Of a stretch of 42,918 bases of DNA, positions 14,374-24,941 are shown piece by piece (position 1 is the first letter of the stretch; each line of letters begins with the position of its first letter). The stretch is from a phage. Below the pieces are notes generated by a model. That model worked only from the letters and a program-made list of their open reading frames with translations. It made no database searches and had not been told where the DNA came from. The translations under genes and the position numbers were made by a program. The stretch lies in the NCBI GenBank assembly GCA_025726505.1, contig GCA_025726505.1_4340.1; one strand, given 5' to 3'.

Positions 14374-15794
14374 GTAAGTTTCAAAGGCGCGAATATCAGA
14401 AGCTCATGACTTCGTTCATGCTACAGCATCCGCGCTGTAATATCTGGTGCGGCATGGGAGGGGGCAAAACCTCCTCAACTATGTGGGTGCTTAATTGCCT
14501 GTTTCGCAACGGGCAGCTTACAGAAGATGACCGCGTGTTAATCCTCGCCCCGTTACGTGTTGCGTCCGGTACGTGGCCCGCTGAACAAGAGAAATGGCAA
14601 TTCCCTTGTCTGCGTGTCGTAGATGCAACTGGTTCGGAGAAGCGCCGCATCGCAGCGCTGGAGTCAGATGCTAACGTGGTGTGCACTAACTACGAAGTTA
14701 TCGAGTGGCTAATTGACTACTACGGCAAAGACGACTGGCCTTTTACGGTTATCGTTGCCGATGAAAGCACGAAGCTTAAATCGTTCCGCAGCCGTTCGGG
14801 TGGTAGCAAGCGGGCAAAGGCGCTCAGCAAGGTTGCGTTCGGAAAGGTTAAGCGTTTCATCAACCTGACAGGCACACCGTCACCAAACGGCCTCAAAGAC
14901 TTGTGGGGTCAGAACTGGTTTATCGACGCTGGCGAGCGCCTGGGGTCATCGTACACGGCATTCACCGACCGCTGGTTTAACTCGGTACAGAAAGGAAAAT
15001 CGGCGATGGCGCGTGAGTATCACGCACGACCAGGTGCGGATAATGAGATTCATCAGAAGATGAAAGACATCAGCCTGACCATAGACCCTGCCGAGTGGTT
15101 TGGTTGTGAAGCGCCTGTTATCGTACCGGTGGAAATAGACCTGCCGAAGAAAGCGCGTCAGGCGTACATAGATATGGAGGAGAAGTTATTCGCAGAACTG
15201 GAGAGCGGGGAAGTTGAAGCGGCTAACGCTGCGGCGAAGACCTCAAAGTGCTTGCAGATTGCATCTGGTGCTGTATATGTGTCGGGGCCAGACGGTGAAG
15301 CAACGAAAGACTGGGAGAAAGTGCACGACACGAAACTGGATGCGCTGGAGTCGATTGTTGAGGAGTTACAGGGTGCGCCGTTACTGGTGGCCTATCAGTT
15401 CAAGCACGAACTGGAGCGCATCCTTAAGCGTTTCCCACAGGCGCAGGCGTTTGCCAAAGGTGCTAAGGGCAATAAGCAGATGGAAGCGTGGAACCGTGGT
15501 GAAATCGAGATTTTATGCGTGCACCCTGCGTCAGCCGGTCATGGTTTGAATTTACAGGACGGCGGGCATCATCTGGCGTTCATCTCACAAGACTGGAACC
15601 TTGAACACTATTTGCAGGTTGTCGAGCGCATAGGCCCTGTTCGCCAGAAGCAGGCGGGGCACGAGCGCCCGGTGTTCCTCTATCACATCGTCGCTAAAGA
15701 CACACTGGATGAGGTTGTTGCCGCGCGTACGGACGAGAAGAAATCGGTACAGGAAGAGTTGCTTAATTACATGAAGAGACGAGGTAAGAAATGA
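14370..15794 (+). CDS. Superfamily 2 (DEAD/SNF2-like) DNA helicase
   Basis: Motif I WCGMGGGKTS, motif II VIVADESTKL, C-terminal HPASAGHGLNLQDG. Confidence 0.85.
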   Translation: MSKFQRREYQKLMTSFMLQHPRCNIWCGMGGGKTSSTMWVLNCLFRNGQLTEDDRVLILAPLRVASGTWPAEQEKWQFPCLRVVDATGSEKRRIAALESDANVVCTNYEVIEWLIDYYGKDDWPFTVIVADESTKLKSFRSRSGGSKRAKALSKVAFGKVKRFINLTGTPSPNGLKDLWGQNWFIDAGERLGSSYTAFTDRWFNSVQKGKSAMAREYHARPGADNEIHQKMKDISLTIDPAEWFGCEAPVIVPVEIDLPKKARQAYIDMEEKLFAELESGEVEAANAAAKTSKCLQIASGAVYVSGPDGEATKDWEKVHDTKLDALESIVEELQGAPLLVAYQFKHELERILKRFPQAQAFAKGAKGNKQMEAWNRGEIEILCVHPASAGHGLNLQDGGHHLAFISQDWNLEHYLQVVERIGPVRQKQAGHERPVFLYHIVAKDTLDEVVAARTDEKKSVQEELLNYMKRRGKK

Positions 15795-15928
15795 ACATCA
15801 TAGCCCCGATTCCGGCATTGCAAAAACGTATCAAGGAACTTGAAGAAGAGGTTCTACGGCTACGACAGCAGAGAGACGCCGCTAATGCGCAACCGGCGTT
15901 TGTACTGGAGAAGTTAGCAGAAGAGTAG
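15791..15928 (+). CDS. Candidate 45-aa coiled-coil micro-protein
   Basis: ATGA overlap with helicase stop; LQKRIKELEEEVLRLRQQRD. Confidence 0.35.
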   Translation: MNIIAPIPALQKRIKELEEEVLRLRQQRDAANAQPAFVLEKLAEE

Positions 15929-15933
15929 AGAAA

Positions 15934-15951
15934 AGGCCCCGAAAGGGGCCT
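15934..15951. terminator. Bidirectional terminator at strand switch
   Basis: AGGCCCC-GAAA-GGGGCCT; U-rich flank on both strands; sits between rightward operon end and tailspike stop (15957). Confidence 0.7.
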
Positions 15952-15956
15952 TAGTT

Positions 15957-17786
15957 TTACATAACAACCGCAGCAGATATGTACCCAGAATCTTGATACG
16001 CCCCGGAAAGGTCGAAAACTTCAATGTTAAAAGAACCTGCGGACGTACTTACTACATTAATTACTAATTTCCCTCCGCCTGTGGTATTACCAACGCTGCA
16101 TGAAACAGCGTACGCGGAAGAGGGTAAAGCATTAGATAGGTTGATGGTATATTTACCGGTCCCGGTTTTAGATACGGTTGCTCCGTCTGCATACACTAAC
16201 GACCCTGAAATTCCGTTAAATTGAATCATTGCCCGTGTACATGCACTCGACCTTTTTGCGACGGTAGTCCCGATAAATGCGTATTCTTGGGCCTTGTTAA
16301 TATAAATCTTATTAACAGAAGTGTCAGGTACTTGTAAGACGTTGTCTATAACAACATTACAGTGTTTCGCGCCTGATACGGTAGAGCATCTATCTATCTC
16401 ATAATTGTCGATATTAATCGCCCTTACAAAACCTACACCCCCAAACGCGGACCAGTTTTGTTTAACAAGAACACCGGAAACACCGGACAAGAAAATAAGA
16501 TCGCCTGTCGTATCTTTACTAAACGTGTTGTTAGTTATCGAAACCGCGGAAGAACGCGGAGAGAGAACATCATCGGTAACATATACCCTTGCTAAAGCGG
16601 AAGCTGTATTCTCTTCGAAATAGTTACCATCTACCAGTAACTGCTGAGCACCCCCGGCGACGACACCTACGTCATAGCCAGTGTTTGCTTCGAATAGAGA
16701 ATCTCTAACTATGAAATTTCGTACACTACTTGCGGAACCTGAGTCTCCGATAAGAACACCGTTAACACCATCAAAGAAAGTGCAATTATCAACTTTAACT
16801 ACGTTGATATCTACCTTTGACGTTTTTATGCCGTTTGTGCATTTAGAGAAATAGCACGAAGTTAGCTCAGCTACCCCGGAAAAATAGTCTGGGGTGTCGT
16901 AATGTAAATAAACACCGTACCGAGCGTTTCTGACAACGCAATCTTGAAGTTTTAGGTACCAAGCCCCGCCGAAATCAAAACCATCAGACGATGAGTCCTG
17001 AATATCCAAGAAAAGTCCAGAAATCTTAGCTCCTATCGCACCACCTTGAACCCGAATGGCAGGTGATGCTGACCCGGTAAACTTAATTACTGAACCTGTT
17101 GTTTGGTCGTTAACGTGCCCAAAATTATTACCAGCGATACATAGACTATCAGTAGCCGTTATCGCTAAAGTAGAACTTATAAGATAGACACCATCTGGTA
17201 TGTATAAACTCTTTTTAGAATCTATTGCTGCCTGAAATGCGGAGGTGTCATCGGCTACGCCGTCGCCCACGGCCCCGAAATCTTTAACGGATACTAAATC
17301 TTGGTTCTTACCGTGCTGGGTCCGCCCTACTGCGCCCACTAAAGGGGACTTAACCGCTACTAAAGCATCACCTAAATTGACACTAGAGCTATCACCCAGT
17401 TCATCCCTTAAATTAGGGTCAGTTTGCGGCGTCCAGTCCGCGTTGCCTACTGGGTTAAAACTTGCTGGAACCGTAACAGGCAGAACACCGGCGTACGAGT
17501 ACCATGTTTTGCCAACCGGGTCGTAGACAACTTTGTCGCGGTCATTAACAGTTAACGTACCGCCGGTAGAGAAGTCCCACGACACAGGAGAAAACCCAGC
17601 GTCACGTAACACCGCCGGGAGCGTCTTCTGTGTCTGTCCTGTAACCTGGTTTGTTGCGTAATCAATATCAGCGCCACCTGCGACACCACCAGATTTACCG
17701 GTGATAACTTCAGCTTCAAAAATTTGGTGTTTCTTGGCGGTTTGTAAATCCGCCAGGCTTAAAACGTCACCGCATCCGCTTGACAT
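15957..17786 (-). CDS. Tailspike / tail fibre (receptor-binding) protein, possibly beta-helical
   Basis: 609-aa last gene of the late operon; Gly/Asn/Ser/Thr-rich central and C-terminal region; beta-helix and depolymerase role are inferred from composition only. Confidence 0.5.
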   Translation of the reverse strand: MSSGCGDVLSLADLQTAKKHQIFEAEVITGKSGGVAGGADIDYATNQVTGQTQKTLPAVLRDAGFSPVSWDFSTGGTLTVNDRDKVVYDPVGKTWYSYAGVLPVTVPASFNPVGNADWTPQTDPNLRDELGDSSSVNLGDALVAVKSPLVGAVGRTQHGKNQDLVSVKDFGAVGDGVADDTSAFQAAIDSKKSLYIPDGVYLISSTLAITATDSLCIAGNNFGHVNDQTTGSVIKFTGSASPAIRVQGGAIGAKISGLFLDIQDSSSDGFDFGGAWYLKLQDCVVRNARYGVYLHYDTPDYFSGVAELTSCYFSKCTNGIKTSKVDINVVKVDNCTFFDGVNGVLIGDSGSASSVRNFIVRDSLFEANTGYDVGVVAGGAQQLLVDGNYFEENTASALARVYVTDDVLSPRSSAVSITNNTFSKDTTGDLIFLSGVSGVLVKQNWSAFGGVGFVRAINIDNYEIDRCSTVSGAKHCNVVIDNVLQVPDTSVNKIYINKAQEYAFIGTTVAKRSSACTRAMIQFNGISGSLVYADGATVSKTGTGKYTINLSNALPSSAYAVSCSVGNTTGGGKLVINVVSTSAGSFNIEVFDLSGAYQDSGYISAAVVM

Positions 17787-17798
17787 ATAGAGTCCTCT

Positions 17799-20357
17799 TT
17801 AATTAAAACCATTGCTGGATCCGTCGGAGAAACCGCTGCCGTATGGCGCGACGCCGTCGTATTTATAGAATCCGTCATCATAGTTGTAGCCCGTAATCTT
17901 GACCGTGCGGTCGTCGCCGGGGTCGATTGAAGAAACAACTATCTTCTGAGCATTATGCCTTGCTTCGTTGCCGAATGAAAACTCAGTTTTTAGCGCACTA
18001 TTCCCCGTGTAGATTGCCTCCTCCGGTGCGGAGAGCATAATCACTTCGCGGTCGTGGCTTCCTTTGATAACAGAGATACTCTGCACAGAGCCGTCGCGCT
18101 TCTTGAGGATAATGGAGTGGTCGTCGCCCGGGGTAAACGTAACCGGCTGAGATAGTGTAAGTGTAAGCCCGTTAACGGCAACAACATAACCATCCTGCGG
18201 GGCGATGCGGGAGCCCTTAACCACGCTGATTACACCGCCGGGTGTAGCGAGAGCGCCTTCTTCTGTAGCTTCGAACTCTACGACAACTTTACTTAACGCG
18301 TTGCGCTGGTAGCGACGCCATGCCAGCCAATATGCCTGTTGGTAGTTGCGCACGCCCTTCGATTCGTATTCCTCGGTGTTTGCACCGAGTTCTTCCGGGA
18401 TATAAATTGTCTCCTGTACGTTAGTATACGGGTCGATGTACGAGAACGACAGGCTATCGTAGGTTGTCGAATCGTTGAACGTGCGGGTCCATTTCTCCGT
18501 ACCCGTCGTCTTACTGCGGTGGGTGAACACCATTTCAGGCCCCGCGACAGGACGGTCGAATCGCAGCATAATATCCGCACCTTTACGGTACGCGGTACAG
18601 AACACGGCTTCCGCTATGGTCTGAACGATGTCCTGCATGGTTGTGTCATAGTCGTCGAACGTGTAGCAGAATTGCCCTGCTAATTCACTTCCGAAATAGG
18701 ACTCAATTTCTTCCTGCACAGCAAGTAACTTGTCCATGTTTGCCGTTGTCAGTTCCAGATTGCCTACTGCGGGGTCGCGCGCCAGTCGAATTAGAGATTG
18801 TACGGCTTGCGTGTTCGGTGTCATTACTGTATCGAATACCCCATTGCCGAGGTATTTGTAGCACATCTCGGTCGCAATCATGCGCAGTTCAGGGTTATCG
18901 ATACTGGCGGCCCGCGGCGTCTGTTTACGTGCGCAATGTACGGTAGTTCTGTTGCCGTAGTGCGGGGTGGTGTCTAGTGATTGCCCGTACAGGTTGATGA
19001 AGGTTATCTCGTCACTTACTGTACCGTCGTAGTCCTTATCGAAATTCGTTATACGGCGCATACGGGCGCGGAAACGAGACGCGGTCGGCAATTGCCCGTA
19101 GATAGACGTACCGACGTAATCCGTGCTATTACCAGTAATTGTAGCCCGTACCGTGTAAATGCCGCTCAAAGGGTTACGCTGAGAGTCAATCATCTGGTAC
19201 TGGAGTTCTACAGTTACGCTGGTGCGGTTGTAGCCGCCGTCGTATTTGTAGAGGCCATTTTGCCCCGCAACGTTAACTAGCACCCGGTCAACTTCTCCGC
19301 GCACCATGTAGTACCAGTCCGAAAGCGATGGTTCATAAGTGTCTTTGGGCCCGATAAACGTGATTGATTGCTCGGTCAGGTTGTAGGTGGTGCTTCCGAG
19401 GTTAGGCCATTGGTTAGTGCCACCTGTAGCTATTCTCACCTCAAAATCGTCCACGTAAAGCACTTCAAACTCCCCATCTAAAACGGCAACGTCCTTAACC
19501 CAAAATTCAGTTAAGACCGCAATGTCTCCGACATTAAGAAATTCGGTAAAGGCGGAATCCCCGGAGCTGTCATATATGTAGCCTATTTTAGTAGACGAGT
19601 CGTAACGAACTCTCCCGTCAGCGCTCGGGTTAGCTCCGATGTCGTTGGGTGCTTTCAGTATAATACCGTCAACATCGTCGTTGGAGTATGTCACATATAG
19701 TTTCTGGTCAATGACGTCGCCGATTTGTAGTTGTGGTGAAGCGGTGTTGTTCGGCGAAGTATACGGCGCATACACGGCAACAGAGGAACCTGTGATATCG
19801 CTTATCAGGGTGTCACCCTCTGTCACGCCATCAGCATCAATATGCAGATGCCCGCGCCCTGCGTCATAGTACGAATACTCCAGCAAAGCCCCCGTAGAAT
19901 TGAATGCCTTGTACGTCTGCATCAGGTCATTAGGGATTGTCTGTACAGTCCCGCAGATATCATAAGAGCGCTCGTAAGGCCGCGGTTTGTTGGAGCGGTC
20001 TGTGAGGCTGTTATTTGGTGATGTTGTCTGGTTGTTAGTCGCCGTGTAGTTGGCGTTGGCTGCGGTGTTTAGCCCAAACAACTTAGCGATAGGCTTGAGG
20101 ATAAAACCAAACACCTTACTAACTGCGCCAAGCGCCCCACTACCAGCGCCCTCAATAATGTGGTACACGGCGTCTTCGTCTTTAAGCGCATCGAAGTCGT
20201 CAGTGACATCAGTATCGTCGCCAATCTCACCGAGGTAGACGCGCACCGGCACGCCGTCCGGGACACGGTTAACGACAAACTCCATCGGCATCCCGACGTG
20301 TTTTGTACGGTCGAAAGCGCCATCAGCGTTTCGCGTGTAGTGCAGGATTATCGCCAA
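17799..20357 (-). CDS. Tail tip / central fibre protein (lambda J-like by position)
   Basis: 852-aa ORF after K-like and L-like genes; TTG start with GGAG RBS. Confidence 0.5.
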   Translation of the reverse strand: MAIILHYTRNADGAFDRTKHVGMPMEFVVNRVPDGVPVRVYLGEIGDDTDVTDDFDALKDEDAVYHIIEGAGSGALGAVSKVFGFILKPIAKLFGLNTAANANYTATNNQTTSPNNSLTDRSNKPRPYERSYDICGTVQTIPNDLMQTYKAFNSTGALLEYSYYDAGRGHLHIDADGVTEGDTLISDITGSSVAVYAPYTSPNNTASPQLQIGDVIDQKLYVTYSNDDVDGIILKAPNDIGANPSADGRVRYDSSTKIGYIYDSSGDSAFTEFLNVGDIAVLTEFWVKDVAVLDGEFEVLYVDDFEVRIATGGTNQWPNLGSTTYNLTEQSITFIGPKDTYEPSLSDWYYMVRGEVDRVLVNVAGQNGLYKYDGGYNRTSVTVELQYQMIDSQRNPLSGIYTVRATITGNSTDYVGTSIYGQLPTASRFRARMRRITNFDKDYDGTVSDEITFINLYGQSLDTTPHYGNRTTVHCARKQTPRAASIDNPELRMIATEMCYKYLGNGVFDTVMTPNTQAVQSLIRLARDPAVGNLELTTANMDKLLAVQEEIESYFGSELAGQFCYTFDDYDTTMQDIVQTIAEAVFCTAYRKGADIMLRFDRPVAGPEMVFTHRSKTTGTEKWTRTFNDSTTYDSLSFSYIDPYTNVQETIYIPEELGANTEEYESKGVRNYQQAYWLAWRRYQRNALSKVVVEFEATEEGALATPGGVISVVKGSRIAPQDGYVVAVNGLTLTLSQPVTFTPGDDHSIILKKRDGSVQSISVIKGSHDREVIMLSAPEEAIYTGNSALKTEFSFGNEARHNAQKIVVSSIDPGDDRTVKITGYNYDDGFYKYDGVAPYGSGFSDGSSNGFN

Positions 20358-20713
20358 AATTCAATCTCCGTGTACGTGTCTCTGAGGTCCGCCAGCCTGT
20401 CAAGCCGTACCTGACGGGACGCAAGCTCGCAATGGCTAACCATCCCGTCGAAGTAAACTCCTGCGTGCCACACGATACGACCGCCACGGCGATACCCCAT
20501 CAACACCGCGCAGAAGTTTTCAGGCTTATCAATTTTTGTAAGCCCCTTCGTGTCACGGTGGCCTTCGTCAAACGCTTCGTTAATCGCCGTTGGGCTTGTG
20601 ACGTCGAACGCCGGGGTCTCTAACCCGGCATCGGCCCGTACGATGCGCACGTGATGCCAGCAATTGCGTTTGCGAAAATCGTAAGGTATACCCGTATAGT
20701 CATTAATATTCAT
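20348..20713 (-). CDS. Tail assembly protein, lambda K-like (NlpC/P60-type Cys-His motifs)
   Basis: 121-aa product with NCWHHVR...WHAGVY...SHCE; ATGA overlap with upstream gene. Confidence 0.55.
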   Translation of the reverse strand: MNINDYTGIPYDFRKRNCWHHVRIVRADAGLETPAFDVTSPTAINEAFDEGHRDTKGLTKIDKPENFCAVLMGYRRGGRIVWHAGVYFDGMVSHCELASRQVRLDRLADLRDTYTEIEFWR

Positions 20714-21225
20714 GTGGTCAACAGGCCGCGTAATAACGGTATCTCTTTAGGTGTCATCAGTATACCAGTGCTTCGTTGGTTCAGCATAGGTGTACCGACA
20801 TCCGCAGAGAACTCGCCTTTCTCCTGGTTTATAGCCTGCAACTCGTACACGACCGGGCCGTCAGCCGGGTAAGACAGGTCGGTACTGACGTAACGGCGGA
20901 AGACGAACTTCGGCAACTCGGTATTGCTCATTGGGATTTTATCCATCTCATCATCAAGTTGATTGAGGATATCCGGTAAAGTAAACGTGGTCGTCTGGTC
21001 CATATCACTGTTGTTAGCGGCCCCCGACGCCTCCATCGGGGTAGGTTCGAATGTGATAGTTTCGCCTGTCTCCAGTGTTGCCGTAAGTTCCTGTAACCCG
21101 CGCACAAGATAGTACGTCTTTGACAGCAACGGGTGGCTGATTTGCAACGTTATGTAGTCCATCTCGCCGTCGGGATTTGATGCCAACTTACGGCGATAGG
21201 CAGCTTCTACTGATTCCTGACTCAT
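20710..21225 (-). CDS. Minor tail protein (lambda L-like by position)
   Basis: 171-aa ORF between M-like and K-like genes; call is positional. Confidence 0.45.
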   Translation of the reverse strand: MSQESVEAAYRRKLASNPDGEMDYITLQISHPLLSKTYYLVRGLQELTATLETGETITFEPTPMEASGAANNSDMDQTTTFTLPDILNQLDDEMDKIPMSNTELPKFVFRRYVSTDLSYPADGPVVYELQAINQEKGEFSADVGTPMLNQRSTGILMTPKEIPLLRGLLTT

Positions 21226-21228
21226 AAG

Positions 21229-22629
21229 TTAGCCGTCCACATTAAAATCAATACGAGTGATATATTTACTACCCCACGCAGAATCGGCCTGAGGGATAGT
21301 CGCGTAATCATCTACAGCCTGAACGTTTATCACGGAGCCGTCGGAATAGGTGATGTCGATACTTGTCGCGCCGTTCATTACTACTTTTGCCGATGCCGCT
21401 GGGCGTGTTACAGGAGACGCCGACGTAATTATTGGTGATGTTGTATTTTGGTTTACCTCTACAGTAGCCGCGGATAATTTAATCCCTGAAACGCCATCCC
21501 CCGTAAATGACCCGGTAACTCCGTCTGAATATATCCATGCGTCCATCCGTATTCTCATTGTTTTATCTTCTGTTGCGGTGATTGTCTCCGATATTCGTAA
21601 CCACCCTCCGCCTACGTCGGTTACATCTGTACCGCCTGGGCCGGAATAAATGCTACCATCCCGCAAATCAACAACTGCTGAGCCTAATACTGTAGGAAGT
21701 TCTCGCACGTATATCCGTATGAAATTGTATCCGTTTGCCTTTGCGAAGAAACTAAAAGTCACCTTGTCGCCAACACCAACGCTAACATCTACAGTCTGGT
21801 TTATTAGGTGGTTACCTCTTGCGTCGGTAGCAGTTACGTCGTACGTGTCAGCGGCTGTTAAAACACCTGTTTCAGATACTGATACACTCACCAAACCTTT
21901 GTTCCAGTTTGAAGAAGAGAAATTGCTTGAATATAGGAATCTGTTAGTTACTGACACCTCTGGCGGCACACGCCCGACCGCAACACCATCAATGAACGTA
22001 AGAGGCCATTCATTGGCGGCGGACCGCACAAGATTGCCATTTCGGTTGATGTAGTAAACCTGTGGCCCGTCGTACACAATACGGCTATCAAGCGTGGATG
22101 ACAGCATGTTAATTGGCGGGTATCCTGCAGGCCCTTCATTGCTCCAGATGCGCGGGAACGTCGTATCGTAGTTCGCGTATATTTTCAGGAAACTACCCAG
22201 ACAATCCCCGTAACAACCATACAAATCTGGCAGATTGTTAATCAGGCACTGGTTCTCAAGGTCCTGGAACGGTGATTTCTCGGCGGTTGCCGTGAAAGTA
22301 ATAGTCCAGTTAATGCCGTCTTCGGTGGACTCGGCGATGGTGGACGTGATTGTTACCTGATAATCTTCAATACCCATGCCGAAGTCGTGCGCCATCCAGA
22401 AACTTGACGCACCGCCGTCTACTTTTTCAAGGAACGATAGAAACGCCTGCCGCCCCATTGCGGATGTAATCAGGGTTACGCTCACCGGAAACACGTCGTA
22501 ATACGTGTCGCGGCCCTGACGTACGCCGCCGCCAGCTAAATCTACACTCCAGACGTTGTTACGTCTGGTCATTGAGTAGCCTTTCGACACCACCGGCTTA
22601 AGGCTACGTGGAAAGTATAAGTCAGTCAT
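21229..22629 (-). CDS. Minor tail / distal tail protein
   Basis: 466-aa ORF directly after tape measure gene; 1-nt stop/start overlap. Confidence 0.5.
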   Translation of the reverse strand: MTDLYFPRSLKPVVSKGYSMTRRNNVWSVDLAGGGVRQGRDTYYDVFPVSVTLITSAMGRQAFLSFLEKVDGGASSFWMAHDFGMGIEDYQVTITSTIAESTEDGINWTITFTATAEKSPFQDLENQCLINNLPDLYGCYGDCLGSFLKIYANYDTTFPRIWSNEGPAGYPPINMLSSTLDSRIVYDGPQVYYINRNGNLVRSAANEWPLTFIDGVAVGRVPPEVSVTNRFLYSSNFSSSNWNKGLVSVSVSETGVLTAADTYDVTATDARGNHLINQTVDVSVGVGDKVTFSFFAKANGYNFIRIYVRELPTVLGSAVVDLRDGSIYSGPGGTDVTDVGGGWLRISETITATEDKTMRIRMDAWIYSDGVTGSFTGDGVSGIKLSAATVEVNQNTTSPIITSASPVTRPAASAKVVMNGATSIDITYSDGSVINVQAVDDYATIPQADSAWGSKYITRIDFNVDG

Positions 22630-24941
22630 TATTTGAACCCCGGCGCGTTTCTTGTGGCCTTGCGGGCCTTGCTAATCTTACTGTTACTGTTCTGCAAAGA
22701 TGCAGCCACCTGCTCCTCGATGATGATACGCAAACGGCCTTCATCATCCTGCTCGGTGGATACGTTGCCAATCTGACTCGATGTATTATTTACAATGGTA
22801 ACGTTAGATGGGCCGGAAGAAGACCCGTTTTGCCCCATAATTTCTTTCATCTGCTGTGCGGTGCGTACACGTGACGCACCAGCGGGCATGATAACTTCTG
22901 GTTTACCACGTTCAGCGATGGTGGAAGCCTGCCCGGCTGATAACTGTCCGCCCTGTTCACGTGCGGACCTGATAGCGGAAATCTGCGCCATACCCGCCCC
23001 AACGGCAGCGGCGGCAGCTACAGGAGCCAGGAACGGACCAACTACAGGGATAGCCGCTGTGGACTTGTACGCCTCGATAGCCGCGGTGTACGTGGCGATA
23101 GTGGCCTGTACGATAGCGAATGCCTTATACGCGCCAGAAGCCTCGCCCAAAGCCGAACCGATGTTTGAAGCCATGTTACCGAAGGCGGTTGCCGTTGCGT
23201 CGGCACGCTTCGTAGCATACTGCTCATTGATGGCGTTAAGCGCCGCCTGGTACTGCTTCTCACTAATAAGCCCCTGCTCACGGTACTTATCCGCTACCTC
23301 CAGTTTCTGCTGTTCCTGGATGTCGAGAAGCTCAAGCTCAGTAGCGTTCTGACCCATAATCTGTGCCATGAAGTCCTCGCCTTTCTGCTGCTTTTCCTGC
23401 TGCTCTTTTCTTTTCTTATCCAGTTCTTCCTGTCTGGCCTGCTCGGCTGTGAGCATAATTTGAGTTTTGGCGTTTTCATACTGCTGCTGGCTTATCGTTC
23501 CGGCGCGGTTGAACTCCTCCAGTTTCGCCAGTTTCTGTTCTTCCGCAGCGGTAATGCGCGAAATCTCATCTCCGGTTGTGCGGTCGACAGTAGCCAGGAA
23601 ATCTTCCGCCGCTTTTTTCTGTCGTTCAGCCGCCGTTTCTTCGCGTTTGGCTTGTGCCGCCAGCCGTTTCTCGTTCGATTTGGCCTCGCGGTCGGCCTTC
23701 GCTTTTTCGGTAGCGTCGATGCGAGCGATGTCTTGTTGTGCTTCCGTGTCACGCGCAGCATTATACGCGGCGATCTGTTCTTTGGTGACAGCTTCACGTT
23801 TAGCGAACGCCTGCTTATCCAGTTCAGCTTGCGCACGGATACGCTCGCGGTCACTTAAGATAGCGATTTGCTGGTTTTTGACGATAGCTTCGTTCTGTTC
23901 CTGGAATCTCTGCGTTGTTGAGTTGACGTTACGACCAAGATTCTTTTGGGCCTCCGCCGCCGCGTTTGCGGACTTCTCCGCGTTCTCCAGTGCCGTGGCG
24001 TTCTTGTTGGCATTGTCGGTCAGGCGGATAAGTTCCGGGTTCAACTGTTTTGTATTACCGAGCCAGTCGGTAAACACATCGGCGATGCGACGGGCATTCT
24101 CGGCGGTTGGCTCTTTGTTAAACGCACTCTGCGCCGCTATCATTTCCAGCGCCTGGTCACGGTTAACCCCAAACTTACTGCTAAGCTCTGCGATATTCTG
24201 CGCCAGCATGTTGACGCCTACGATGTTACCCTCGTAAGTGCCACCGAGTTTTTCTAACGTGTCGCCTACATCCGCACCTTTAGAGACCAATGCATCGTAC
24301 TGGCTGATAGCTGATGCTGTGGATGCCTTCCATGTCTCCCATGATTCTGCGTCCTCACGAACAGCTTTAGCTGTTTGCTGTGCGATAAGGTCCGCGTTAG
24401 CCTTAGCCAGCGCAAGCTGAGTCTCCGCCGCTTCTCTGCTGATTTGGGTAAGCTGGATAAGGCCGTCTGTCAGTTCGAGAGAGCCGGACGCCGTTTGCTG
24501 GAAAGTATCTTTTAGCTGTTTCTGTGCGGCTTCGAGGTCTTTTGAACTGCCTTCTGCTTCGGTTAACGATTTATACAGGACACCACCGATTGCTGACGCA
24601 AGAGCAATTACGGCCCCAAGCACCGCGCCACCAGGGCCGAAAGCACCCGCAAGCTGAGAGCCTTGTTGCCCGATTGCTACGAATGCAGACGTGCCGGACT
24701 GCAACTGGACGACCATGTCCTGCACCTGGAAGCCTACCTGCCCGGCGGCGTTACGGAATTTAGCGAAACCGTCAGAAGCCGCTTTAGACGTAGCGGAGTT
24801 TACTTTATTAACATCCGGCGTTAGTTTGTTTACGGATGTGTCCGCACGGTCTGCGGATGCCGCCATAGCGTCAAGCTGTTTAGCGGCTACATCAGCGCCT
24901 TCTGTTTTTACTCTGGCAATTAGGGAAGCCGTATCAGCCAT
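22629..24941 (-). CDS. Tail tape measure protein
   Basis: 770-aa Ala/Gln/Glu/Lys-rich coiled-coil protein with Gly/Ala hydrophobic segment (AFGPGGAVLGAVIALASAIGG); start ATG 24941 with GAGGG RBS. Confidence 0.85.
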   Translation of the reverse strand: MADTASLIARVKTEGADVAAKQLDAMAASADRADTSVNKLTPDVNKVNSATSKAASDGFAKFRNAAGQVGFQVQDMVVQLQSGTSAFVAIGQQGSQLAGAFGPGGAVLGAVIALASAIGGVLYKSLTEAEGSSKDLEAAQKQLKDTFQQTASGSLELTDGLIQLTQISREAAETQLALAKANADLIAQQTAKAVREDAESWETWKASTASAISQYDALVSKGADVGDTLEKLGGTYEGNIVGVNMLAQNIAELSSKFGVNRDQALEMIAAQSAFNKEPTAENARRIADVFTDWLGNTKQLNPELIRLTDNANKNATALENAEKSANAAAEAQKNLGRNVNSTTQRFQEQNEAIVKNQQIAILSDRERIRAQAELDKQAFAKREAVTKEQIAAYNAARDTEAQQDIARIDATEKAKADREAKSNEKRLAAQAKREETAAERQKKAAEDFLATVDRTTGDEISRITAAEEQKLAKLEEFNRAGTISQQQYENAKTQIMLTAEQARQEELDKKRKEQQEKQQKGEDFMAQIMGQNATELELLDIQEQQKLEVADKYREQGLISEKQYQAALNAINEQYATKRADATATAFGNMASNIGSALGEASGAYKAFAIVQATIATYTAAIEAYKSTAAIPVVGPFLAPVAAAAAVGAGMAQISAIRSAREQGGQLSAGQASTIAERGKPEVIMPAGASRVRTAQQMKEIMGQNGSSSGPSNVTIVNNTSSQIGNVSTEQDDEGRLRIIIEEQVAASLQNSNSKISKARKATRNAPGFK

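Noticed and set aside
23467-24237. 256-aa plus-strand ORF inside the tape measure gene
   Set aside because: Antisense to the coiled-coil tape measure region; Ser/Ala/Cys/Phe-rich composition is the mirror of the sense-strand Ala/Glu/Lys codons.
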